Notes: generated by a model not told the origin, from the letters alone. Counted from the first letter of the stretch, positions 10,792-21,056 are shown. The stretch is 64,000 bases of DNA from an uncultured delta proteobacterium (GCA_963731045.1 CAVSVC010000052.1:102947-166946), one strand, 5' to 3'. Translations and numbers: made by a program.

Positions 10792-11688
10792 TCACCCCAC
10801 CTTGTCCTGTGCCGGATCTTCCAGCCGCTGCAGAGCGGACCTGAGGGACCGTTCCACCAGCACGGGGATGACGGATAGGCGATACTCCCGGCTGGCCCGG
10901 CTGCTGGTGCGGGGATTGCTGTCATTCGCTGCCTCTCTCCCGGCCTGAATGATGTGTTCGGAAAGAGCCGGACGCCCGGTCAAACAGGCTTCTGCCGAAC
11001 GGGCACGCACGGGTGTTGGCCCAGCCCCCCCCAGGGCAATCCGCACCTCCTGGATGACGCCCCGGTGACCCTGAAGAACGACTGCCGCGCTGACAATCGC
11101 AATATCCATGGCCCTGCGCTTCCCCAACTTTGTGTATGCCGAGGAACTTCCCTCTTTAAGGGGGATTTCCACTCCGGTGATGATTTCTCCCGGATGGAGA
11201 ATCGTCTTTCCCGCTCCCAGCCAGAAAGAGGCGGCGGGGATACGCCGCGTTCCTGAGGGACTCCACGTCAGGATTTCCGCGTCCAGGGCCAAGAGAGGAA
11301 CAGCCGTGTCGGCTGTGGGCGAACCGTTGGCAAGGTTTCCGCCGAGGGTGCCCCGGTTACGCACCTGCCAGGAGCCGAGGACCCGGGCCGCTTCAAAAAG
11401 CACGGGGGCCTGGTTGCGAATCGTCTCGTTGATTTCCAGACTGTGAATGGTGGTAAGAGCGCCGATCCGCAGTCTTCCCTCCTCGCAGGGATTGATCCCG
11501 CGTAAGTCGGGGAGGCCTTTCAAGTCCACAACCAGTTCCGGCTTATCTTTCCCTGTGCGCATGGCCACCAAGAGGTCTGTGCCTCCGGCAAGGTACCTTG
11601 GGACCCTCCCCGCATGGTCAGTCAGGAGTACGCTTAATTGCTCCAGTGAAACAGGCCGTTCGTAGAGAAACGGTCTCAGAGTTGCCAT
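10792..11688 (-). CDS. xanthine dehydrogenase family FAD-binding medium subunit (CoxM-like)
   Basis: FAD-binding PCMH-type domain (AGGTDLLV, GTLGGNLANGSP); lies between the small and large subunits. Confidence 0.9.
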   Translation of the reverse strand: MATLRPFLYERPVSLEQLSVLLTDHAGRVPRYLAGGTDLLVAMRTGKDKPELVVDLKGLPDLRGINPCEEGRLRIGALTTIHSLEINETIRNQAPVLFEAARVLGSWQVRNRGTLGGNLANGSPTADTAVPLLALDAEILTWSPSGTRRIPAASFWLGAGKTILHPGEIITGVEIPLKEGSSSAYTKLGKRRAMDIAIVSAAVVLQGHRGVIQEVRIALGGAGPTPVRARSAEACLTGRPALSEHIIQAGREAANDSNPRTSSRASREYRLSVIPVLVERSLRSALQRLEDPAQDKVG

Positions 11689-11689
11689 C

Positions 11690-14023
11690 CTATTCGCCCC
11701 CCTCTCTCACGGCCTCAAGGATCCGCTCCGGAATCATGGGAAGCCTTCTGATCCGTATTCCTGCGGCATGGGCGAGAGCATCGGCCACAGCCGGAGCTGT
11801 GGGCCCAACGGGAGCTTCTCCCAACCCTTTCGCTCCATAGGGACCGAGTGGATGGGGAACCTCCACGAGGATGGCTTCAATAGGGGGAACATCCATGCAC
11901 GTCTGGATCTTGTAGTCGCGCAGGTTGTTGTTCAGAATGCGGCCCTCTTCATCGAACTTGAGTTCTTCCGAGAGGGCAATGCCCAGGCCCATCGTAACGC
12001 CGCCATGGATCTGCTGAACGCAGTTTGCCCTGTTAATCGCCCGTCCGACATCATTGGCAGCAAAAATCTTATGGACCCTGGTTTGCCCGGTACGGGTGTC
12101 CACCTCAAGGTCAACGATCTGGGCAGCGTACATCCAGAAACTGGTGGGGTTGCTCCCCTGGCCTGTTTCTCTGTCCAGTCCGGTGCCTCCTTCCATAATG
12201 GAATCTCCCCGGCCGATCAGATCGACGCCTCCCAGTACGGCTTCATTGATGATCTCACCGAAGGAATGGTGCCGGCCGGTTTCCGGATCGATGATGAAAC
12301 CCCGCTCAGCCCTGACATCGGCCGGACGGCATCGCAATACCTTCGCGGCATAAATGGCGAGTTGCTGCCAGGCATCCCGCGCGGCCTTCATCACGGCAGT
12401 ACCCCCGTGGAACGTGCCACGACTGGCGCTCGTGGTGCGGTCATAGGGGGTTATGAACGTATCGGGGTGGCGCACCGCTACCTGCTCCACAGGGACTCCC
12501 AATTCCTGGGCCGCGATCTGCGCATAAATGGTAGAGGAACCCTGGCCCATATCCACATTGCTGCAGTTTACCTCGACCGATCCTTCTTCCAGGATCCGCA
12601 CCGTAGCCGAAGTCGCATAGTGACGCATGCTCCCCTTCCACGAGCAGGCCATGCCCAGACTTCGAAACCGGCCGTCGCCCAGGTCTATGGCTGCGGGCCT
12701 CTTGCCCGCTTCCCAGTTGGCCGCCTTGGCTACCTGTTCGAGACACTGCTTCATCCCGACGGCGACCATCTTCTCCCCTGTATGGCTTATGTCTCCCTCC
12801 TGGATGATGTTCTTCAGTCTGATCTCCAGAGGATCAAGCCCCATGTCATGGGCGATCCGGTTCAGATGGCATTCATAAGCCCAGGTCACGTGGGGAATTC
12901 CGTACCCTCGGAAAGCGGTGGCCACAGGGCGGTTCGTATAGACGCAGTAAGCATCAATCTTGACATTTTCGATACGATAGGGACCGGCCGAGGTAAAACC
13001 GGAATTCCTGGCAACAAGGGGTCCGCAATCAGCGTATGCTCCCGTATCCCAGTAGGTATCAAGCTGGCGGGACAGGAGAGTTCCGTCTTTTCTTACCCCT
13101 GTCTTGATTGTCACCGTGCACCCATGGTTGGTGATTCTGTAGAAGTCCTGCTCTCTATCCAGGGTAAGACGCACCGGCTTGTGACCGGACCTTTGGGCGA
13201 GAGCCACGAGGATAGGCTCTATGCTCGGGTAAATCTTGGAGCCGAAACCCCCTCCCAGAGTAGGAATGGTAATCCTGACTTTATTCCAGGGCATGTTGAA
13301 CAAAGTCGCCAGCGTCCTCTGCAGGACATAAGGCGACTGGTTGCTGGTCCACAAGTGCAGCGTGCCCTCCTTCTCAAACTGGGCTAAGACAGAGTACGTT
13401 TCCAGACAAGCATGGTGGTTACGGGGCACCTCATAGGTCTCCTCGAACACGTAATCGGACTCGGCGAAACCCTTTTCCACGTCGCCTTTGCGGATCTTGA
13501 AATGATTGCAGATGTTCGTACCGACGATCGGGTTGGCGGTGACGTCTTTTTCATAATTCATCAGATCTTCGTGCAGCAAAGGCGCAGTGGGCGCCAGGGC
13601 CTGCTGGGGAGTGAAAACCGGCTCCAGTTGTTCGTAGTTCACCTCGATGAGTTCCACAGCGCGCCGGGCTATTTGCCTGTTCGTTGCAGCCACCGCCGCA
13701 ATAGGCTCACCTGCAAAACGAACAACATCCTGGGCCAGCAGCGGCCTATCCTGCAAAACAGGTCCGTACAATCCCTTTACATCGTTGCCCGTCACAACCG
13801 CAACCACCCCATCCAGCGACAGCGCCCTGGAGACATCGATGGAGCGGATCCTGGCATGGGCGCACGGACTTGAAAGAATCTCAGCTTCCAACACTCCGAA
13901 GAGATCAAGGTCACTGGTGTACTCGGCCATGCCGAGGACTTTCTCCGCTGCGTCCACCCGGGGTAATCCTTTCCCGATGAGCGTCTCTCTGGTCAGATCA
14001 ATCCCTTCCCTACTATTCATCAC
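11690..14023 (-). CDS. xanthine dehydrogenase family molybdopterin-binding large subunit (CoxL-like)
   Basis: The 777-aa product has aldehyde oxidase/xanthine dehydrogenase a/b hammerhead and MoCo-binding domains (GGGFG, ..AHDVGRAINR.. motifs). Confidence 0.9.
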   Translation of the reverse strand: MMNSREGIDLTRETLIGKGLPRVDAAEKVLGMAEYTSDLDLFGVLEAEILSSPCAHARIRSIDVSRALSLDGVVAVVTGNDVKGLYGPVLQDRPLLAQDVVRFAGEPIAAVAATNRQIARRAVELIEVNYEQLEPVFTPQQALAPTAPLLHEDLMNYEKDVTANPIVGTNICNHFKIRKGDVEKGFAESDYVFEETYEVPRNHHACLETYSVLAQFEKEGTLHLWTSNQSPYVLQRTLATLFNMPWNKVRITIPTLGGGFGSKIYPSIEPILVALAQRSGHKPVRLTLDREQDFYRITNHGCTVTIKTGVRKDGTLLSRQLDTYWDTGAYADCGPLVARNSGFTSAGPYRIENVKIDAYCVYTNRPVATAFRGYGIPHVTWAYECHLNRIAHDMGLDPLEIRLKNIIQEGDISHTGEKMVAVGMKQCLEQVAKAANWEAGKRPAAIDLGDGRFRSLGMACSWKGSMRHYATSATVRILEEGSVEVNCSNVDMGQGSSTIYAQIAAQELGVPVEQVAVRHPDTFITPYDRTTSASRGTFHGGTAVMKAARDAWQQLAIYAAKVLRCRPADVRAERGFIIDPETGRHHSFGEIINEAVLGGVDLIGRGDSIMEGGTGLDRETGQGSNPTSFWMYAAQIVDLEVDTRTGQTRVHKIFAANDVGRAINRANCVQQIHGGVTMGLGIALSEELKFDEEGRILNNNLRDYKIQTCMDVPPIEAILVEVPHPLGPYGAKGLGEAPVGPTAPAVADALAHAAGIRIRRLPMIPERILEAVREGGE

Positions 14024-14115
14024 ACCGATCCTTCATGCTTTACGGAGACTCCTTGTGATCGTTCTGTAAGCGCGCGATTTCTCCGCCAAGACTAAGGGAG
14101 CCGCAACCGGGAGCG

Positions 14116-16881
14116 TCAGGACTTCAGCAGCTCCAGGATCTTTCCCGGCTTGGCCGGTATGGAATAAACCCTTTTCCCGACAGCGTCGTAGATCGCATTC
14201 AGGATAGCCGGAGTCGCGGGAACAGTGGCGATCTCGGAAATCCCCTTGGCCCCGTAAGGACCGATCGGCTCCGGGTCTTCGACAATGATCACCTCGATCA
14301 AGGGCATGTCGTTTATGGTCGGAATGCCGCAGGCCTTGTAATTCCTGCTCTTGAAAATCCCCTTTTCAACAACAAATTCTTCCTTTAAGGCATAGCCCAG
14401 ACCCATGAGCACGCTTCCTTCTATCTGGCCCTCGATCTTTTGCGGGTTGATGGCCACCCCCACGTCGTGGGCCGCGATCATCTTGAGAACCTTGACCCGT
14501 CCGGAGACCGTATCCACTTCCACGAACGCCACATGGGTCGTGTAGGCATAGGAGGGGTAATTGCGGTATTCTTCCGGAGGAACCCTTTTTCTCGCTTCGA
14601 GGTCGTACAGTGCATAGGTCGGGGGAGCCAGGTATTCGCACACTCCCCTGACCGCTTCTTCCGGCGCCACTCCCCTGGCCAGCCTTTCAAGAGAAAGAAT
14701 GGGGCGGCCACTCGCCTTATCAATGATCCGATCACCACGGAGTCCCAGGCTTTCGGGAGGGCAACCCGCCTTTTCCGCAGCCCTGGATAGCAGGTTGGCT
14801 TTGAATTCCAGAGCCGCCAGCTGCGCCGCCTTTCCGCAGATCAGGGTCTGCCGTTCCCCTATCGCACAGTTGTGCTTTGGGGTAAGAAGGGTATCGCCGG
14901 TAATCAGCTTGATCACATGGGGTGCCAACCCCGTCGCTTCGACAGCGATCTGCAGGATGACCGTCCGGAACCCCTGGCCCATATCGACTCCAGACACCCT
15001 TGCCAGCACAGTCCCATCCTCTTCCAGGGTGAAGACCGCGCCTGCATCTTCGGGTCTGCCCTTTCCCGCCCCCACGTTCTTGAAGGCGCTGGCAACGCCA
15101 ATTCCCAGACGCTTTGTGCTGTCCTTCGCATAGGCTGAACGAAACCGGCCCATCTCCCGGGCGAGGGACTCTTCACATCGGTCGAGGGTTGCCTTGATGC
15201 CGACACTGGACGTAAGGATCTGGCCCGCCAACGTCTTCTTCCCCACAGTCAGGATGTTCCTCCGGCGAAGCTCGAAAGGATCGATCCCCGATTTGCGGGA
15301 AAGTTCGTCGAGCAACGATTCCAGGGCCATGGCGACCTGGTTGATGCCGAAACCGCGCATGGCGCTCGTATTGGCATTATTGGTATAGGCAGCCCATGCC
15401 TCCACACGTGCATTGGCCACCTCGTAGGGACCACAGGCAAAGATGACTGCCTGATCGAGGACCCGAATGGTGAGGGAGGTATAAGGACCGGCATCTGCGA
15501 GTAGTTTTGCTTTCACAAAAAGCAGCTTCCCTTCCCCGTCTGCTCCGACTTCATAATCCATCTGAAAGGGGTGTTTCTTTGTCCCTACCCGCAGTGTCTC
15601 TTCCCTGTTCAGGACGATCTTCACCGGCACTCCCAGTTTGAACGCCCCTAACCCCAAAAGGCACCCGAAGCCCGAATCCGTCCTCCCGCCATGGCCTCCT
15701 CCCAGAGGTGTGACAACCACCCTTACCTTCTCCAAGGGCAGGTTCAGGCTCTCGGCGATCTGTTGACGAGTATGGAACGGCGACTGGGTGGGCAAATAGA
15801 CCGTGAGGAACCCCTCTTCAAAGAAAGCGACGCCCACATCCGGTTCGAGATAGCCCGGGTCGACCGCGACGGTTTCAAAATGGCCGGTCGCAATGTGAAC
15901 GCACTTTTTTCTGGCCTCTTCAATATTCCCTATCTCGTGAACGATGTGCTTGCACACATTTCCGTCTTCGTGGAGCAAAGGGGCCCCTTCGGCCAGGGAC
16001 TCGGTGACGGAAAACACCCCCGGCAGTTCTTCATACTCGACGTCGATGAGATCAGCCGCCTGTCTGGCCAGTGCCAGGCTCTCTGCGAAGACGAGGGCAA
16101 CAGCATCTCCAAGGAAGCGGACGCGATCGCTGCAGAGAATCGGATTATCCACCTTGACGCGGCCGAAGCACTTGTTGCCGGGTATGTCCTCAGCGGTCAA
16201 AACCGCTCTCACTCCGGGGATCCCTTTGGCCCTCTTTGCGTCGATTTTCTTGATTCGCCCGTGGGGAAGTGCGCTCCACAACACTTTTCCGAAGATCATG
16301 TTCTCTTTCAGAAGATCGTCGGCGAAGATCGGTTCTCCGCACACCTTTGCCAGGGCATCGTAATCAGGGATGGACTCGCCGATTCCGGCAGATGTCACAG
16401 GTTCCTGAGACACGGAAGTCTCATTGCTCTGCCGCTCCTTCGCTGCCAGCCTCACGGCATCGATGATTTTAACATAGCCCGTGCAGCGACAGAGGTTATG
16501 TTCCAATGCCTGTTGGATCTCTTGGAGATTCGGGTCGGGATTCTTATCTAAGAGGGCCTTTGCTGCCATGATCAGCCCGGGCGTGCAAAAACCGCACTGG
16601 ATTGCTCCAGTTTTGATGAAGGCAGACTGAATCGGATGAAGCCGGCCCTCTGATGCAAGCCCCTCGATCGTCTCGACGCTTCTTCCGTCCATTTTCGCGA
16701 GGCGAACCTGACACGCCCGTCTCGCCTCTCCGTCAACGATGACCGTGCAAGCCCCGCAGTGACCAGTGCCGCATCCGTTCTTCGTCCCCTTCAGGTGCAG
16801 CGTGTCCCGCAGGAAGTCAAGAAGAGTCACGTCCCGGTCCGGATCCGTGGTCACTTGCTTCCCGTTAACAAAAAATATCAT
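14116..16881 (-). CDS. aldehyde oxidoreductase, single-polypeptide Mop-type (2x[2Fe-2S] + molybdopterin domains, no FAD domain)
   Basis: N-terminal CGTGHCGACTV and CGFCTPG/CRCTGY motifs are fused to a ~750-aa MoCo domain. The architecture matches Desulfovibrio gigas MOP. The internal ATG (MIFFVNGK) has GGGAG 6 nt upstream. Confidence 0.85.
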   Translation of the reverse strand: MIFFVNGKQVTTDPDRDVTLLDFLRDTLHLKGTKNGCGTGHCGACTVIVDGEARRACQVRLAKMDGRSVETIEGLASEGRLHPIQSAFIKTGAIQCGFCTPGLIMAAKALLDKNPDPNLQEIQQALEHNLCRCTGYVKIIDAVRLAAKERQSNETSVSQEPVTSAGIGESIPDYDALAKVCGEPIFADDLLKENMIFGKVLWSALPHGRIKKIDAKRAKGIPGVRAVLTAEDIPGNKCFGRVKVDNPILCSDRVRFLGDAVALVFAESLALARQAADLIDVEYEELPGVFSVTESLAEGAPLLHEDGNVCKHIVHEIGNIEEARKKCVHIATGHFETVAVDPGYLEPDVGVAFFEEGFLTVYLPTQSPFHTRQQIAESLNLPLEKVRVVVTPLGGGHGGRTDSGFGCLLGLGAFKLGVPVKIVLNREETLRVGTKKHPFQMDYEVGADGEGKLLFVKAKLLADAGPYTSLTIRVLDQAVIFACGPYEVANARVEAWAAYTNNANTSAMRGFGINQVAMALESLLDELSRKSGIDPFELRRRNILTVGKKTLAGQILTSSVGIKATLDRCEESLAREMGRFRSAYAKDSTKRLGIGVASAFKNVGAGKGRPEDAGAVFTLEEDGTVLARVSGVDMGQGFRTVILQIAVEATGLAPHVIKLITGDTLLTPKHNCAIGERQTLICGKAAQLAALEFKANLLSRAAEKAGCPPESLGLRGDRIIDKASGRPILSLERLARGVAPEEAVRGVCEYLAPPTYALYDLEARKRVPPEEYRNYPSYAYTTHVAFVEVDTVSGRVKVLKMIAAHDVGVAINPQKIEGQIEGSVLMGLGYALKEEFVVEKGIFKSRNYKACGIPTINDMPLIEVIIVEDPEPIGPYGAKGISEIATVPATPAILNAIYDAVGKRVYSIPAKPGKILELLKS

Positions 16882-17083
16882 TGCCGCTCCCATCTTCCTG
16901 ATCCCCCGCCCAAGCTGGAGGCATCAATACATTCTCTTATAATTAGAGCCTGTTCAATAATTGCGCCCTCGATCAGAATCGTCATTCCGGCCCCGGTTTT
17001 CACCGGGATAAACTCCAGCAGGAATCCAGTGGTTTCAAACCCTTCTGGATGCCGGATCGGGGCCGGCGTGACGGAAAAGATCG

Positions 17084-18349
17084 TTACTGAGAGAAGATTC
17101 CCCTCAGTCCCGCCTCTTCAACTCTCTTCTCGATCTCTTTTCGGTCGATTGAATAGAGGCCTTTCTCTTTCATTCTTTCGAAGTAAACCGATCCGGAGAA
17201 AGTATACTTGTAAGAAAGACCTTTTTCCGTCTCCATCTGAGTGCGGACATAAGAGATCGCATCTCCCACGGCAAGGCTATCGGGAAGGACCAGGGACTTC
17301 GCCTTTCCGGCTGCATTGTATCCCGCAAGGATCCCTGTGACGATCGCCTCGGTGTGGCCCACCAGGAGTCCAGCTTTCTCTCCGGCGCAGAAAAGGTTAT
17401 CGATCCCTTTCACCTTGAGCCTATCATCCCTCGGCGCCATACCCACGTAGCGAATCGAGTTGCCGAGCCCTCCTGCATAGGGGTCCTCGTAGCGGGCGTT
17501 TTCAAACCCTCGAACGCGGCGGAGCAGTTCGAGAGGAAAGAAAGGCACCATGAGTTTGGCATGACCGGTATCGAGGAGCACGAGATTATTCTCGTACTCC
17601 GGGAGGGCATACTGCTGACAGGCCTTGATGGAGATCTTCCCCTTTGACTGCTCCGAGGAAAGGAGGGGAATGACGGCCACCCCTGTTTTGTCGAGAGTCT
17701 CCACAATCTCTTTTGAAAGGGACTCCTTGAAGAGCTTGCAAGCGCCGCTCATCGCTCCGATCTGGTCCCCCTTTTTTCCGATCAGTTCTTGCACGCCTGC
17801 TTTAGCCGTCACACTGATTCTTCCTCCAAAAGACGGACAGCGAAGGATGCACATGGCGCAGCCATTTCCGTATTTTGTGCAATTCGCCGGAGGTCCTGCT
17901 GTCCCTGTTGCATCGACAAAGACATCCCCTTCGAAACGAACCGGCTCTCCACGCGTCTTGCCGATGACAGCCCTGATCCGCTTACCCTCCATGTCCACAT
18001 CCTCTATCCGGGAGTGGAGCCGGATCTCTACCCCTCTGTCGAGAAGGAATCTTTTTATGATCGGTTCCATGGTTCCCACATTGTAGAGGGACGCATGGAA
18101 GTGCCCTGGAAATTCGATTCCCCGGTGGAGACAATTCTTATCGATCAGATCGAAAAGGTCGCCTCCTCCCATGGCGATCATCTCTTCCGCGGCCGTATAC
18201 CGGCCGTTATTCCGCATGATGCCTCCGACCAAACCTGTCCCAAGGAGCATATCGGTTCTTTCGATCAGAAGGACCTCGACTCCCTGCTTCGATGCAGCGG
18301 ATGCGGCCGCACAACCTGACCATCCTCCTCCCAGCACAATAACCCTCAT
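17084..18349 (-). CDS. FAD-dependent oxidoreductase, TrmFO/MnmG(GidA)-like, with internal Cys4 motif
   Basis: VIVLGGGWSGCAAA dinucleotide-binding N-terminus and a C-terminal ..LFCAGEKAG..GYNAA.. segment resemble TrmFO. A CTKYGNGCAMCILRC insert is present. The ATG at 18349 is preceded by AAGGAGG. Confidence 0.7.
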   Translation of the reverse strand: MRVIVLGGGWSGCAAASAASKQGVEVLLIERTDMLLGTGLVGGIMRNNGRYTAAEEMIAMGGGDLFDLIDKNCLHRGIEFPGHFHASLYNVGTMEPIIKRFLLDRGVEIRLHSRIEDVDMEGKRIRAVIGKTRGEPVRFEGDVFVDATGTAGPPANCTKYGNGCAMCILRCPSFGGRISVTAKAGVQELIGKKGDQIGAMSGACKLFKESLSKEIVETLDKTGVAVIPLLSSEQSKGKISIKACQQYALPEYENNLVLLDTGHAKLMVPFFPLELLRRVRGFENARYEDPYAGGLGNSIRYVGMAPRDDRLKVKGIDNLFCAGEKAGLLVGHTEAIVTGILAGYNAAGKAKSLVLPDSLAVGDAISYVRTQMETEKGLSYKYTFSGSVYFERMKEKGLYSIDRKEIEKRVEEAGLRGIFSQ

Positions 18350-18810
18350 GAAGCCCTCCTTGAAACCTTGAGGTCTTGAAACATTTTCCCGCTGCCCAAG
18401 AAAAAACGCCAGATGCAACGATAGAAACTGATGCTTCCAATGCCGCTTGCTTTGCTACGGCTTTGCTGACAGAAGTCTAACCAATTGATGAAGAGTCCGC
18501 AATCTCTCTCGCCGGAAACAAAGTGCACAAGCTATTAAAATGTGGCGGGATCTTTCCCCCTCTAAAGATACTTTTCACAAAGCGATCCTACCATTGCCAA
18601 GCTCTACCACGTTGTGGCATAACTGACTATTCCGTAAGACCTGAACGCTCCATACAGAACTCATGATGTAAACCTTATTTGTAGTGAAACTCTCCGCTCT
18701 CAAGGACCGGGCCTGGGAAGATCCGGCCACTGAAGCGGTCAGAAGCAGGGAATGTGATTCATCATCCGGCGATAAATCCGAAAAAATAGCATCCAGACAG
18801 GAGAGAGATC

Positions 18811-20046
18811 ATGAGAAGACAATTTGTTTTTGAGTTGTTGATCCCGCTTTTCATCGTTGCCTTTTTGCCGTGCTTAGCCCTTCCACAGGGGACCCCTTCC
18901 GCCGAAATGAAGAGCCTTAAAATCGGCGTCATCAGCCCCCTTAGCGGGCCATTTGCTTATCTGGGGACGAGCGTGCTTCGGGGATCTGAGCTGGCAATCA
19001 GGAACGTCAATGATAAGGGGACTGTAGGAAAGGGCCCGGGGATTTTGGCAGGAAACCAACGCTACAAATTGGAGATTGTCAGTTATGATGACTCCGGGGA
19101 TCCGGCAAAAAGCGTGGCTGGGATGCGAAAGTTGGTAGAAATGTATAAAGTATCCGTCGTGTTGGGTCCCCTCGGGACTCCCCAGGTCTGGGCTTGCCAG
19201 GAAATAAATGTCCAGCTCCGAGTTCTCTTTAACGGTATGTCGGCCTCCGACCAGTCTCGGAAGAAAGGGAATCCTCTCTACATTCAGGAGCGAGTCCCGG
19301 CACTTCACTACGGTGAGTCCATGGCCCAAGTCTGTATAGACCGAGGGTATAAGAAGGCCTGTGTCCTGACCGACATCAGTGACCACCTTCTCTCATGGGG
19401 TAAGAAGTTCAAAGACAAATTCGAATCGCTGGGAGGGCAGGTTGTCGGATTCGAGTCGATCGACCAAAAGAACATGATGGATTATCATTCCGTCATGACA
19501 AACTTTAAGGCCAAGAACCCGGACATCATCTTTGTTTCGTTATACGAAGAACCGGCTGCCCTTGCTGCCAACCATGCCCTCGACTTGGGTTACAAGGGAA
19601 AATTTCTTTTTACTTCGGACTGGGGCGAGAAGGCCGAGAAGATGGTCGGATTAAACAATGTTCAAGGTTCGCTGGTTCAAGCGTTTACCCACACTTATTA
19701 CAGAAAATATGCCGACCAAGACAAGAGAGGTATCTCCACTGCCTTCCACAAACAATATCTGAATATCTACAAGGAAGAATACGGATTGCCGGCGACATCG
19801 ATTTATGATTCGGCATTGATGTTTGCCAGGGCAATGGAAATTGCCAACACGGTCACGGACCCCTATGCCATCCGAGCCGCTTGCCCAAACGCTCTTATAG
19901 AGGGGAAACTGTCCATGCTCTATCCCAATAATAATGTATTGAAAAATGGTTTGATGGTAGGTGCCCCCGAATTGTTGTTAGAAGTCAAGGGGAACGGATA
20001 CAGTTTAGTTAAAGAACTACGGGTGGCAAAAGAAGTCTTGGAATAG
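18811..20046 (+). CDS. ABC transporter substrate-binding protein (Leu/Ile/Val-binding, Peripla_BP_6 family)
   Basis: Signal peptide plus the LivK-like periplasmic binding fold (..KIGVISPLSGPFAYLG..). Confidence 0.8.
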   Translation: MRRQFVFELLIPLFIVAFLPCLALPQGTPSAEMKSLKIGVISPLSGPFAYLGTSVLRGSELAIRNVNDKGTVGKGPGILAGNQRYKLEIVSYDDSGDPAKSVAGMRKLVEMYKVSVVLGPLGTPQVWACQEINVQLRVLFNGMSASDQSRKKGNPLYIQERVPALHYGESMAQVCIDRGYKKACVLTDISDHLLSWGKKFKDKFESLGGQVVGFESIDQKNMMDYHSVMTNFKAKNPDIIFVSLYEEPAALAANHALDLGYKGKFLFTSDWGEKAEKMVGLNNVQGSLVQAFTHTYYRKYADQDKRGISTAFHKQYLNIYKEEYGLPATSIYDSALMFARAMEIANTVTDPYAIRAACPNALIEGKLSMLYPNNNVLKNGLMVGAPELLLEVKGNGYSLVKELRVAKEVLE

Positions 20047-20261
20047 TCCGTTTCAACTCTTTAGGGATGATTAGGCTAAGGTGAAGATGGAGGATCGTTG
20101 AGACCCTAAACGAACTGAAAAAGATCGAAGAAGATTCGGCGGACTTTGCGAGAGGATTTGCAGACTGCATCTACTAAGAGAGGAAATCAGTTTGATTAAA
20201 AATCTGTTGATTTTCATTAGAAATCTGTAGGATCCACCTTTTTTGAGCGGACTCCCCTTTT

Positions 20262-20495
20262 TTATTCCAAATCCAATCCAGAAAGGGTACCGGGTATAAC
20301 CGCCCCCCACTCCGGTCCGTATAATCCCTCCTGAACGGCCTGCCCGAAGGAACTATGTGGCCAATCTCCGGGGCTCTGAACGTAACCATGCTTCACCGGA
20401 TTGTAGTGAATATAACGAAGGAGGATCGGAATTATGATCCCGCAAAAGCTTCTAAGAGGATCCCCATTCTTTACGAGAGTCCACCTTCCTTCCAT
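20262..20495 (-). pseudogene. C-terminal remnant of REP-associated tyrosine transposase (RayT / IS200-like, COG1943)
   Basis: ..YIHYNPVKHGYVQSPGDWPHSSF..GLYGPEWG.. matches the conserved C-terminal block of RayT/IS200-like proteins. The HUH N-terminal half is absent and no room remains for it before 20542. Confidence 0.55.
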
Positions 20496-20541
20496 TCCCC
20501 AATTTGTAATTGCCGATACTTAGGGCTGATAAGGGATCAGA

Positions 20542-20973
20542 TCAGTGTCGCATCAGTGTCGTCACGCCTGGTAGCCGGTTGAACATCCAGACGCCGAACG
20601 GCAGGCCGACGATACTGACGCACAACAGCCACGCCAGTAACGACCAGGCCAGACTGACCCACCAACCGATCAGCAGGAAGTAGATCAGCCGGGCCAGGAA
20701 GAAGACCTGCGGCTTGCCCTGGTATCGCCACTCGACGATCTGGCCGTCGCGCTCCTGGGCTACCGTGTAGCCGCGCGGCGACCGCAGCGTCAGCACCAGC
20801 GGCACGCGGTTGAGCATCCACAGCCCCAAAGGCAAACCGATAATGGTCAGGTTCAGCACCCAAGCTGCCACGATCCAGTACAGCGTGACGTGCCAACCGA
20901 TCAGGAAGAACCACAGCACCCGAAGGATGAACGGGAGGCCGGGTTCTTCGCGGACGTTGGTTGCCGTCGCCAT
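20542..20973 (-). CDS. yccF: YccF-like inner membrane protein (DUF307, two GW repeats)
   Basis: Duplicated FLIGWxxxL..GLP[LF]G..M.NR motif. The ATG at 20973 is preceded by AAAGGAG. Local GC is visibly higher than the flanks. Confidence 0.8.
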   Translation of the reverse strand: MATATNVREEPGLPFILRVLWFFLIGWHVTLYWIVAAWVLNLTIIGLPLGLWMLNRVPLVLTLRSPRGYTVAQERDGQIVEWRYQGKPQVFFLARLIYFLLIGWWVSLAWSLLAWLLCVSIVGLPFGVWMFNRLPGVTTLMRH

Positions 20974-20996
20974 GTTGCTCCTTTTGAGTGAAGTGA

Positions 20997-21056
20997 TAAA
21001 AACTTGATCTGGGATGGATTGAATATATGAAAAAGGGGATAGTCTGTCAAGACAAA
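20997..21056 (-). promoter_or_regulatory. sigma70-type promoter cassette copy 1 (TTGACA-N17-TATATT) upstream of yccF-like gene
   Basis: Minus strand reads TTGACAgactatccccttttttcaTATATTcaatccatcccag. It is about 80% identical over about 50 nt to copy 2 at 21848-21900. Confidence 0.6.

Noticed and set aside
11768-13387. 539-aa ORF on the plus strand
   Set aside because: Lies entirely antisense to the CoxL-like molybdopterin subunit gene. Long antisense ORFs are expected in GC-rich coding DNA. No family similarity, low-complexity Arg/Gly/Pro composition.
15691-16551. 286-aa plus-strand ORF
   Set aside because: Antisense to the Mop-type aldehyde oxidoreductase. No recognisable domain.
20230-20460. 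Cluster of KpnI/BamHI/HindIII sites suggesting cloning-vector contamination
   Set aside because: Three six-cutter sites in about 250 nt is unremarkable, and flanking sequence has no vector backbone features such as an ori or resistance gene.
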